From positions 32,001 through 96,000 of IMG/VR virus record IMGVR_UViG_3300045412_000261: 64,000 nucleotides of DNA; one strand, written 5' to 3'. The DNA comes from a virus. The notes beneath the pieces are model-generated. The model saw only the letters and a list, made by a program, of their open reading frames with translations. It made no database searches and was not told the DNA's origin. Positions within the stretch are counted from its first letter, which is position 1. Each line of letters opens with the position of its first letter. Of this stretch, positions 48,944-58,503 are shown one piece after another. A program made the translations under genes and the position numbers.

Positions 48944-50041
48944 TTAGAAATCTAATTTCACCTTCAAAAGAGCTTCTCTAGTGAAACTTTTTTGTAGAGG
49001 CTTTGACAGTTTAGCTACTGCAAGTAATTCATAAGAATCGGAATACATACCTACTGTTGTAATATACACTTTAGGATCATTTATAAAAGTAGGTTGAGCA
49101 AAATCTCCCTCCGACCCAGTTATGAAAGTTGGATTGTTACTAAAATTATATCTATCATTTCTGACTCTAACAAAATAATGGGTAGATTTTACTTTTTCAG
49201 AACTTCTAGCTTGGAATCCTAAATAATCCCCTGATAAATCTTGAAATTTAGCAGATCCAGACATAGACCTATATAATTTAAAAGCATTATCTCCGGCAAT
49301 TTCAGAACCAGAAACGGTACCAAACGAAGCTGATTTATCTAATGCTGCTCCATCCATTACAATAATGCCTAAATTTGGATACACTAAACCAAATTTTTTA
49401 GGACTGTTAGGGTTATGTATGCCAGATTCCAAAGATCCTGATACTAAATTATAAACTTTACCAGCGGTAGTTACAGAAGCGGGGTTAGATTTTGAATCGT
49501 CTATTAATCTTAAATATTTACTATTTCCAGCTAGTTTTACGTTTGAGCCAGTATGAGTAGCATTACTTCCAGGACCAGCAATAAATTGTGAGCCTGATAG
49601 ATGTGCTAAATTAATTTCTAGAGTTCCTACATCTAAGGATTCCCTTAATCTAGCTCTATTTACGTTAATTACATAAATACTATCAGAAGTTTTTCCGTTG
49701 ATTGTAAATTTCCTTTCTCCGGGATCTAAACATAATTGTTTATATTGTCCATAAATAGCTCTAGTTGGCGTATCATTTATTTGACCACCTTCATCAGCCG
49801 ATCCGGAACCATTGTATTGACCATAAGCAATACTAAATTGGGCTTCTGAACCTAATGCGTTTGAAGAGCTATTGAATATTTCATAATAATATCTCTTTTG
49901 TGTAGCCGTTTGTCCAGAAGATGTAAAAAAGGTAGTTAGGTTACCGTCATTATTAGAAAACAAGGCTCTAGTAATTACTTCCTCTTGGTTAGGTACAATA
50001 TCGGCTGTATTGAATGTAGTAAATATATCTGTGTTTGCCAT
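48944..50041 (-). CDS. Virion / baseplate structural protein
   Basis: QFSIAYG, PTRAIYGQY, FNFSNNPT-like segment, VYITTVGMY..ELLAVAKLSKP; paralog of its neighbours. Confidence 0.65.
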   Translation of the reverse strand: MANTDIFTTFNTADIVPNQEEVITRALFSNNDGNLTTFFTSSGQTATQKRYYYEIFNSSSNALGSEAQFSIAYGQYNGSGSADEGGQINDTPTRAIYGQYKQLCLDPGERKFTINGKTSDSIYVINVNRARLRESLDVGTLEINLAHLSGSQFIAGPGSNATHTGSNVKLAGNSKYLRLIDDSKSNPASVTTAGKVYNLVSGSLESGIHNPNSPKKFGLVYPNLGIIVMDGAALDKSASFGTVSGSEIAGDNAFKLYRSMSGSAKFQDLSGDYLGFQARSSEKVKSTHYFVRVRNDRYNFSNNPTFITGSEGDFAQPTFINDPKVYITTVGMYSDSYELLAVAKLSKPLQKSFTREALLKVKLDF

Positions 50042-50056
50042 TTTTTAATTTATTAT

Positions 50057-50740
50057 TTATTCAGTTATACCAGCTCCAGGAGTTGTTCCTGTAGTAATTC
50101 TATTCACTGTTATGCTAATTGACACTCTACCTCCTGTTTCATTTCCTACAATCGATAATGTAGCCTTCCTTTGATTTAAAGTAGAACCTTTTGCTTTTAA
50201 TGTGAAAGCAAGTCCTGTAACACTTATTGCTTGTGCTGCCTCTGTGTCTGTAATAATTCTTGGAGTAGACGGAGCTACATCCTGACCGTTATTTTGAGCA
50301 GGAGTTCTAGTAACACCAACAAAAGAAGCTACATCGCTATCAGATAAAGTTGCAGTATATCCAAAAGTAGTATTTCCGCCTTCAAAATTTATAGTTCTTG
50401 GGGAAATCGTAATTTCTTCTCCGTTAGTTAAAGTCACTGCTGTTTGACCTACGGATATAATAGGTATTCTAACTGTTCTTTTTGGTAGTGTGACTAACTT
50501 ATACTTCATCATTTGAGTTTCATCCACTACAGCTTCGGTTAGTGGCATGTTCTCTAAAGTAATGCCATAATATGCAGTACCTAATGGATGATCTGTGTTC
50601 CACAATGAATAGTCAATTTCATCATCAGCTAATGCAAAATGTGTAATTTGAAACTCATTTCTGCCTCTTGCGAGTAATTCCCGTCCTCTACGGGTTAAAA
50701 TAGCATCTACTGTTATTTGGTTATTATTTAGATATCCCAT
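50057..50740 (-). CDS. Virion structural protein (baseplate region)
   Basis: MGYLNN..TVDAILTRRGRELLA..FQITHFALADDEIDY; lies in the baseplate cluster. Confidence 0.6.
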   Translation of the reverse strand: MGYLNNNQITVDAILTRRGRELLARGRNEFQITHFALADDEIDYSLWNTDHPLGTAYYGITLENMPLTEAVVDETQMMKYKLVTLPKRTVRIPIISVGQTAVTLTNGEEITISPRTINFEGGNTTFGYTATLSDSDVASFVGVTRTPAQNNGQDVAPSTPRIITDTEAAQAISVTGLAFTLKAKGSTLNQRKATLSIVGNETGGRVSISITVNRITTGTTPGAGITE

Positions 50741-50750
50741 TTTGTTTGTT

Positions 50751-50762
50751 TTATAATAAATA
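50751..50762 (-). promoter_or_regulatory. TATTTATTATAA motif, candidate late promoter
   Basis: Exact copy, 10 nt upstream of the ATG at 50740. Confidence 0.55.
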
Positions 50763-50779
50763 CTTTGAAATATAATATT

Positions 50780-53700
50780 TTAAACTATTATTTGGTTTGC
50801 GCTAACTTCTCTGTATTCTACTACAGGTCCACCATCAATTGTATCTGTTGTGTCTACATTAAAATCTAATCCGGTTAATTTACAGCCAGTAAATCTAATT
50901 CTATTAGATACGGAGTCTTCGACATATTGATAATTAGCAGGTACTAAGGAAGATGAATAGTAATTTTTAGTGTTTATCAATGTTGCTAAATTTAAATTTT
51001 TTTGATATTGTGAGGAATAATTTACGGCGGTACTAGATGAATAATGATATACTACTTTCTTATATTTTAAATTAGATTTTTCAGATTGTATAATAGATTG
51101 AGTAACATATGAACTATTCCTATAAATGTTTCCAGCATCATTTATCACATATTCATTTTTATATAAATATTCTTTTAGCTGTAATTTAGTTAATGTAGAA
51201 TTAAAATTATGGAAACTAGATGAAAGAACATAATTATATGAATTATTATCATTGTAAAAATTATCAATATTAAAATTAGTAACTTTACCCACTATGTTTT
51301 CTATCTTATAAAATGAGGAATCCAATTTAAAATCATTAGATATTACATTTGTATTTCCATCATAAAAATTAATCTTTCTTCTATTTAATACTCTATTCTT
51401 ATATGTTCCATTTCTTTTAAATCTATATGCAATGTTTTCTTCTATAGATCCACTTCCATGTAACACATTGCCTATAAACGATAAATGTCTGTTTAAAGTT
51501 GCATATGATTCAATTAATTTTCTTTCATTATCAAAATAGTATAAGGATTCCATGTTTGATGTAATATCATTTTCTTCATTTGTATTAAGTAGATGTATAT
51601 TACCTTTTATATGTTCTAATGTTCCTAAATCTGAAATAGAGTATATGTTTGACATGTCTCTATTTATTTCTGAGATGTCAATTAGATTTTCATATTTATA
51701 TAAGTACGTGTCCCCGCCAAATTCATATAAATTACCTTTTTGATTTACTTTGTGAGATTCTAAATCTGAGAATACTAAAGAATAATCTCCATAGTAATTC
51801 AATGTAGATGTTATTTTTTCATGCTTAAAATCTGGAGTTATGGATATAGGTAATTCTGATTTATACTTCCTGTACTCTAATTCTAAATCAGGAGGCATTT
51901 CTGTATTTGTACTATATTTTATTTGTTCAAAATCAGGTGCTATATCAAATTCTAAAGATGACGTATATTTTTTATGTGATATTTCGACAGGAGGGGCATA
52001 GCTTATAGAACCTGTATACAAAATATATTCTCCTACCTGACTATCGGTTTTTATAATTGTTTTCTCATATTGTGGATTAGTTAGAGATGGATTTTTTCTA
52101 GCAACTTTAGCTCTCTCCAATACATTCTCTTCTAATAATATCCCTGCTATAAGATTTGCTCTAGCTGGAACTAATTGTTTTATCTGTTCAAATATGGAAT
52201 AATCATACAATGAAAATATCTCTATGTACTTGTTGTAATTATTTCTGTTTTTATATTTTTTCCAATAATTTTCCCTGTTTAGCCTAAGATTATTATACTC
52301 GTCTCTATATAAATCGGAAGGGTCTCCAATTAAATTATCTAAATCTATTCCTCCATATTGATTTGCTATATCTCTATTTACTTGGTCTGTAGGGCTAAAT
52401 ACTACAGCTAATTTATTTGAATCTACAGGGTCTGTATCAAAAGTATTTATTTGAACTCTTTTTTCCGAGGATAGTTGGTTTGTATAAAAAGATTCTTCTA
52501 TTCGTATTTTATCACTTTTAACTATACTCGCACCAATTGAAGGAGAATAGCTGTAGTAAATTTCTGAATATGGCTTGTATTGATTTTCTTGAGAACCTGT
52601 AAAACCTATAAAACTAGCTGTTGTATATTGTGATTTTACTCTATTTGGATGACTTGATGATACAAACTTATATGCAGAATGATTATATCTGAGAGCATCT
52701 ACGCCCATTGGGTAAAATCTATTTAACGTATCAAAAGAGGAAGTGTAAGAAGAACCATGATATGCAGCAGGGTTAAGTGTGTGTTCTTCAAATATTTTTT
52801 CAGAGTATATATCACTATAATCCTTATAAGCTTGTAAAAATCCTCTATATCTACTAGAATTTACTCCTGCAAATTGACTTCCCGTAGAACCCCCTAATAT
52901 TATATTATGAGGTATCAATAAGGAACTAGTTGATCCCCATGTAAATGATATATCAGCTGACGAAGTCACAATCATAGATCCAGAAAAACTAATCCAATTC
53001 TCAAAGTCACCACTAGATTTTTTCCACTCTATGTGTATAGAACCTGTTTTTTTAGTATTCGATATATTTCTATCTGTGTATATTCGAACATTCCAAGCAT
53101 CTCCGTCAAAAAAAGGATAGTACTTAGATTGTATTGTTTTTATTGTGAAAGAAGATGTTGAATTTGAAGTACTTTGAGCGCTTTTATATCTTAAATAGCC
53201 ATAAGCATAACTACCACTCCTTGATGAAGTAGAAAATGCTCTGTAACTTACTAGCTCTAAATTATTATATACTTTGTTACTATTTTTAGAATCCTCTATA
53301 GACCATAAACTCATACTAAGGCTAGATGAATTTGTTGTCCTAAACCTAAATTCAGATACACGAGGTGCGGAAACCTGATTTTCATTTGGAGGGATTGATT
53401 GTCCCCACGGAATTTTTACAAATTGATTTCCGTCAAATTTTAGTAAATACTGATATCTGTAACTTTTATGCGTCGGGTTGTACTTAGGAGGTCTTGCTCC
53501 ACCGTATTCCTTTATGCTAATTAATGTCTGAGGTATTCCATATATAGACAATAGCGTTTTTAAACTACGTTCTGTGCCCTTTGTTTTTAAAAGAGTCGGT
53601 ATGTTATTTACTATTCTTCTCCAAATCTGATGTGTGAGATATTCATGAGCCTGAGAAGCTAAAGTACCGGTTTCTAAAAAACTTCCTGTATTATCAGTAC

Positions 53701-55237
53701 CTAGTTTATATAGCCAAAGATTACTTAATTGATATCCATTATTTACTTCCCATCCTAATGATTTCGCATAAGTTTTTAAAAGCTCATTAGGAATTCCTCT
53801 TTTAGGATGTTCATCTCTTCTATGAATAGAAGTAAGTTCTTTAGTAAAAGCATATAAATTATCAAAGTGCTGTCCTATCATATCAAGAAAAACAAAATAT
53901 TCGGAGTTGTCCGGATTGTTTACGATATGACCAGGAGTAGCTTCATATAAGGTATTATAATTTCTACTATCGAATCTACTAGCTTTTGATAAAGAAGATG
54001 AATACCAATAATTGTATGCAGAAGATGTTATATGATAGTTATAATACTTATTGTTTGATATATACTTAGGAGCCGGGGTAATGCTTCCTGTTATGTCATA
54101 AGAAAAAATACTACCAGAAGAATAGTACAAATAATTCTCAAATTCATCAAAACTATTTTTAACCTGATAAGACCTTTTTATTATTTTGTTATAATCAGCA
54201 ATACCAAACAGACTCCCCGAACCATTGCTATTTTTTATCGCATTACTTTGGCTATTATAAAATTCTATTAACTGTAATTTATAATTATAATTCTTTAATC
54301 TTTCTTGAGCAGATCCATAAAATACAAAATTAGAAAAATCAGAATAGTCTATATTTAAAGGAACAGAAGCGGAGGATGATATAACTCTGTTTATTATAGT
54401 GTTGGCTGTTTCATACTTTGAATCCAATAAAGTATCCCAATAGTGATAAATATTTTCATCTTTTGAAGGCAATAAACTATTCCATGTACTATAATTAGTA
54501 GATTCTCCGCTAGTTGTATTTATCGAATAATTTGGAGTTAAAGTTCTAGGTTCACTAACTACTTCAGGGGATGTAACAGTAAATGAATCAAAATAATCTT
54601 CTGCTACTTTATAGCATATATGAAGTAGATTTCCTGTTTTTAAATTTTCTACAGGATTAAATAATTTAACATAAATTACATATTCATCTTCACAATCTAC
54701 TTTTATATTTATAATTGAATAAATTTTATTCTCCCCTAAATTTATTACAATATTATTAATAAATCCTAATGTTCTTAAATAAGATGCTTTTTCTTTAAAT
54801 AACTCTAATTTATTTATTATATCGGGATTATTTTTTAGGTAATTAGGCCTTATTGCTAATTTTAATTCTAACTCATCCGGACTTATTTCTTGAATATAAA
54901 AATATTGATTATCTATATCACCAAAAATATTATACAAAAAATTAAAACATAATTTATAAGTTCCTTCAAATATTTCAGAATCAAAAAATAATTTACATAC
55001 ATCAAAATTTATATCATCATAAGTAGAATCAAAATCATTTCTTACATTATAAGCAGATTTAACTAAATCATAGTTTGTATTATAAATGTGAGAATCTATT
55101 GAAAATGGATTTTTTATATCATCCACTATTCCTTTTGATATATCTAAACTCATAAATGGTTCATAATCAAATGATACTCCTTCAATTAATGATGATGAAT
55201 CCTTTATTTTATCTTTATTTATGAATCTATCTATCAT
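50780..55237 (-). CDS. Large baseplate wedge protein (gp7 / tail protein I-like)
   Basis: FLDMIGQHFD, LAKSLGW-like segment, LLKTKGTERSLKTLLSIYG, IKQLVPARANL; lies in the baseplate cluster. Confidence 0.6.
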   Translation of the reverse strand: MIDRFINKDKIKDSSSLIEGVSFDYEPFMSLDISKGIVDDIKNPFSIDSHIYNTNYDLVKSAYNVRNDFDSTYDDINFDVCKLFFDSEIFEGTYKLCFNFLYNIFGDIDNQYFYIQEISPDELELKLAIRPNYLKNNPDIINKLELFKEKASYLRTLGFINNIVINLGENKIYSIINIKVDCEDEYVIYVKLFNPVENLKTGNLLHICYKVAEDYFDSFTVTSPEVVSEPRTLTPNYSINTTSGESTNYSTWNSLLPSKDENIYHYWDTLLDSKYETANTIINRVISSSASVPLNIDYSDFSNFVFYGSAQERLKNYNYKLQLIEFYNSQSNAIKNSNGSGSLFGIADYNKIIKRSYQVKNSFDEFENYLYYSSGSIFSYDITGSITPAPKYISNNKYYNYHITSSAYNYWYSSSLSKASRFDSRNYNTLYEATPGHIVNNPDNSEYFVFLDMIGQHFDNLYAFTKELTSIHRRDEHPKRGIPNELLKTYAKSLGWEVNNGYQLSNLWLYKLGTDNTGSFLETGTLASQAHEYLTHQIWRRIVNNIPTLLKTKGTERSLKTLLSIYGIPQTLISIKEYGGARPPKYNPTHKSYRYQYLLKFDGNQFVKIPWGQSIPPNENQVSAPRVSEFRFRTTNSSSLSMSLWSIEDSKNSNKVYNNLELVSYRAFSTSSRSGSYAYGYLRYKSAQSTSNSTSSFTIKTIQSKYYPFFDGDAWNVRIYTDRNISNTKKTGSIHIEWKKSSGDFENWISFSGSMIVTSSADISFTWGSTSSLLIPHNIILGGSTGSQFAGVNSSRYRGFLQAYKDYSDIYSEKIFEEHTLNPAAYHGSSYTSSFDTLNRFYPMGVDALRYNHSAYKFVSSSHPNRVKSQYTTASFIGFTGSQENQYKPYSEIYYSYSPSIGASIVKSDKIRIEESFYTNQLSSEKRVQINTFDTDPVDSNKLAVVFSPTDQVNRDIANQYGGIDLDNLIGDPSDLYRDEYNNLRLNRENYWKKYKNRNNYNKYIEIFSLYDYSIFEQIKQLVPARANLIAGILLEENVLERAKVARKNPSLTNPQYEKTIIKTDSQVGEYILYTGSISYAPPVEISHKKYTSSLEFDIAPDFEQIKYSTNTEMPPDLELEYRKYKSELPISITPDFKHEKITSTLNYYGDYSLVFSDLESHKVNQKGNLYEFGGDTYLYKYENLIDISEINRDMSNIYSISDLGTLEHIKGNIHLLNTNEENDITSNMESLYYFDNERKLIESYATLNRHLSFIGNVLHGSGSIEENIAYRFKRNGTYKNRVLNRRKINFYDGNTNVISNDFKLDSSFYKIENIVGKVTNFNIDNFYNDNNSYNYVLSSSFHNFNSTLTKLQLKEYLYKNEYVINDAGNIYRNSSYVTQSIIQSEKSNLKYKKVVYHYSSSTAVNYSSQYQKNLNLATLINTKNYYSSSLVPANYQYVEDSVSNRIRFTGCKLTGLDFNVDTTDTIDGGPVVEYREVSANQIIV

Positions 55238-57378
55238 ATTTGATTATTGAATTGATTTTGATTATTTACAATATTTGAATAATCTGCAAACTCTATAGTA
55301 TTACCGGGAATCCCAGAACCGTAAACTCTATCTCCTGTTCTGTCAGACCCGCCGGTTCCTCCTGTATCTCCTCCTCCTGTACTTCCACCTGTTCCCCCAC
55401 CGGTATTACCTCCTGTTCCATTACCACCACCAGTATTACCTCCTGTTGTAGAACATTCTAAATTGCCTATTTCTATATTAACACTAGTTACTTTTCTACT
55501 TCCTAATTCTGTTTCATTGATAGTCATTGAGCCACCTCTATATTGATAAGTTTTATAGGAAGTCAGACCTGTAGTTAGTGTTGCTATTTGACCTACTATA
55601 TCTATTTTTTGATATGTGTAAATAACTTCTCCTTGTCCGTCACATGGATGTAACGCATATATAGTTACATCTTTTCCACCAGAAGGTCCGGAACCACCAC
55701 CGACTTGAAGACAACTAGTTATCCCTTCCGCTTTTCTAAGTGATGTAAATAAAGTAATTCCATTAACTGTCTTTAAAAATTCAGGATTTGATCCGTCCCA
55801 ATAATAAAAACCCTGATTAATAATATTGAAATATATTTGATTTCTTAATGGCTCAACAGAAGTATAGCCAGGACCTTTACTAGGATCACAAGAATAAACT
55901 TTCCAATATCTATTACCTGCTCCGGTACCAGTACCTGTTCCTGTGCCTACATTTATTGTAGTAGTGGTACTTGTGGTAGAAGTAGTACTTGTAGTAGAAG
56001 TAGTACTTGTAGTAGAAGTAGTACTTGTAGTATTTCCGGTACCTACATTTATTGTAGTTGTGCTTGTAGTAGATGTAGTACTTGTATTATCTTTTGGACA
56101 TTCAGGACAAATAGAATTAGTTCCGGATGCTCCAGTTGGTCCAGCAGGTCCTTGAGGGCCTAGCCCGCCAGGTTGACCATTCTGTCCGGGTTGTCCATTT
56201 TGCCCACTTGGTCCTGTTGGTCCTGTGTTACCAGGCTGTCCGATTGGTCCAATAGGTCCTGTTGGTCCAATAGGTCCAGCAGGTCCAGCAGGTCCGGGTT
56301 GCCCGTCCCTTCCATCTCTTCCATCTCTTCCAGCAGGTCCAGGTAATCCACTACCTCCACCAATTACATTCAATCCATCTTTACCATCTTTGCCAGGTCT
56401 TCCTTCAGAACCGCTAACAATTATAACAATAGGTTCCTTGTCTTCGCAGCAGTTGGACGGTATGTTGTTTATAATTGGAACAACAGGGTCAATAATGTTT
56501 CTTACTTTTTTCCTAACCGCAGGTGTCCATGATGAAGATAAATCAACACAATTTCCATTATTGTTAGTGTTTATAAAATAGTATGTATATCCTTCTAATG
56601 GTCTTGCTCCAACTTCTGCAATCTTAACAAAAGTTCCTAATGGGTAAGTAGATAATTCAGAGAAATCTACTCGTTCAATAGATATTACATCGTTATATGT
56701 TTTATTTCTCTCAAACATCATAACTTCCAATGTCTCGTTATTTGGAATAAGACATACAGAAATATCAGTCAATGCTTGTTCATTTGCTCCAATAAAATAG
56801 TTGAAATTTGCGTCGATTAATTTAGATATAACAAAGTCAGAAACAATTACTTTTTCAGGCCTAACAAAATAATACCCGGGGTCTACCGATAGACTTGTTC
56901 CTTGTAATTTATAGCTTATAGGAACGTATTTTATTCCTTTGAGATTTACTTTTAATTTTGGTTTGTTTGCTTTACTTATATCTTCGGAGGAGTATCTATT
57001 TTTATTCTGTCCTTCGATTTCAGGAATTCTTTCATTTATTGTTCCAAATATTACTTTTTCTACATTTCCCTCATATCTTCTAATAATCTTATAATTTATG
57101 TAATCATCATTTGAGTCAGATGTCAATATAACATTTTTAGGGATTGGAAGAGTTATTTCTAATTTATTATTTACATTTAATGCATCTCCAATTTTTATTA
57201 ATTCTTTAGATTCTGCCGTGGTAAATCTTCCAGACATATATTTCACAAACTCATCTACATGATATTGACCTTTATAGATGTCTCCATTTAAATAAGTAAA
57301 TTCACCATTAGATAAATTAGGACCTGTTCTTCTATTATTAGGGTCAGATACTCTATGTATGTCTTTCTTTTCCTCCAC
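55234..57378 (-). CDS. Second collagen-containing virion protein with a Thr/Ser-rich tract
   Basis: Gly-X-Y run (GRPGKDGKDG...GPAGPTGASG), (TTS)n tract, Cys-containing domains and a Gly/Thr tail. Confidence 0.75.
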   Translation of the reverse strand: MEEKKDIHRVSDPNNRRTGPNLSNGEFTYLNGDIYKGQYHVDEFVKYMSGRFTTAESKELIKIGDALNVNNKLEITLPIPKNVILTSDSNDDYINYKIIRRYEGNVEKVIFGTINERIPEIEGQNKNRYSSEDISKANKPKLKVNLKGIKYVPISYKLQGTSLSVDPGYYFVRPEKVIVSDFVISKLIDANFNYFIGANEQALTDISVCLIPNNETLEVMMFERNKTYNDVISIERVDFSELSTYPLGTFVKIAEVGARPLEGYTYYFINTNNNGNCVDLSSSWTPAVRKKVRNIIDPVVPIINNIPSNCCEDKEPIVIIVSGSEGRPGKDGKDGLNVIGGGSGLPGPAGRDGRDGRDGQPGPAGPAGPIGPTGPIGPIGQPGNTGPTGPSGQNGQPGQNGQPGGLGPQGPAGPTGASGTNSICPECPKDNTSTTSTTSTTTINVGTGNTTSTTSTTSTTSTTSTTSTTSTTTTINVGTGTGTGTGAGNRYWKVYSCDPSKGPGYTSVEPLRNQIYFNIINQGFYYWDGSNPEFLKTVNGITLFTSLRKAEGITSCLQVGGGSGPSGGKDVTIYALHPCDGQGEVIYTYQKIDIVGQIATLTTGLTSYKTYQYRGGSMTINETELGSRKVTSVNIEIGNLECSTTGGNTGGGNGTGGNTGGGTGGSTGGGDTGGTGGSDRTGDRVYGSGIPGNTIEFADYSNIVNNQNQFNNQI
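55958..56085. repeat. 9/18-bp degenerate tandem repeat encoding (TTS)n
   Basis: GTAGAAGTAGTACTTGTA units on the plus strand. Confidence 0.8.
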
Positions 57379-58502
57379 TATTTACTGACTTTAAAATATA
57401 TAGAATCATCAATTGTTTTTTCAATGTCTCCTCCATCCATTTTCACTTTAATTAAAACTTTATAATATCGATTTGGAAGAAATGTATTAAAATTTACTTT
57501 AAAATAATTTCCTTTACTATCACAGCTTATTACATTATTATCATCAAATGGGACAACATACATAGATGTTTGTTCATCTTGTATAGCATAGTAAGAAGAT
57601 GTTGGTAATCTTTTACTTGATATATAATTAGATGATGTAGAATATGTTTTAACTGGGATTCTATCTCTTACTAAGAATCTAAATTTTGTTTTATCTGTTG
57701 GGTAGTAAGATGCTTTTTTATTTTTTAAATGTATGATGAAGTCTTCATTAGGTACTTGAGTGAATGAAGATGTTCCGGAGAAGTCTGCATCATTCCATAC
57801 GATATCTATTCTTGGTATGAATATAGTGTGAGTTTCCCTGCCGAAAAATTTGATTGAGCCCATTTCTTCTGAACTCTTTTCATCAACATCACTTCTTTTT
57901 ATTATAAGTCCATTATTTTGAATAGAACCTGAAATCCATTTGTGAACAATGTTAGTTATGTCCATTCTAATATCAGGAATTTCTTGATCAAATGACTGTG
58001 ATGCAACATAACCACTTTGGTAGTACCAATTACCACCTCCTTTTTGAGTAACATAAGAACCTGTAGTTCCAGCAACAAAAGAACCAGTAGTCCATTTTTT
58101 ACCTGTATTGTTAAAATAACCATCTCTATATGTCCACGAGACTCCTTCTTTTATATAAGGTGCAGCAATAAAATATCCTTTTCCTTGATTCCACGATTGA
58201 CTCACTGGATAAGCATATAAAGAATATGATAAAGATAAATTTTCTGCTTGAGCGGAGAATAAATTAAGGTAATATTTACTAGATTTTTTTATAGTTCCAT
58301 TTTGAATTAATTTATTTATCTCAGCAGTATCTAGTTGCAATAATATTCTAGAATTGTAGTTATAATCCCAATAGATATTATCAGAATCTATTGTTTTTGC
58401 TGTTATTTTTTCCAACTCAATTATTTGATCTAAACCTGTATTCATATCAGGTTTTCTCTCATAAATAGTTGCGTCTCTTGTTGGATATACTGAATATTGC
58501 AT
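57378..58502 (-). CDS. Virion protein, DNRLRE-like domain
   Basis: DATIYE..NTGLDQIIE, SRILLQ, YPVSQSWNQGKG, DITNIVHKW..NNGLIIK, PRIDIVW. Confidence 0.55.
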   Translation of the reverse strand: MQYSVYPTRDATIYERKPDMNTGLDQIIELEKITAKTIDSDNIYWDYNYNSRILLQLDTAEINKLIQNGTIKKSSKYYLNLFSAQAENLSLSYSLYAYPVSQSWNQGKGYFIAAPYIKEGVSWTYRDGYFNNTGKKWTTGSFVAGTTGSYVTQKGGGNWYYQSGYVASQSFDQEIPDIRMDITNIVHKWISGSIQNNGLIIKRSDVDEKSSEEMGSIKFFGRETHTIFIPRIDIVWNDADFSGTSSFTQVPNEDFIIHLKNKKASYYPTDKTKFRFLVRDRIPVKTYSTSSNYISSKRLPTSSYYAIQDEQTSMYVVPFDDNNVISCDSKGNYFKVNFNTFLPNRYYKVLIKVKMDGGDIEKTIDDSIYFKVSK

Positions 58503-58503
58503 T

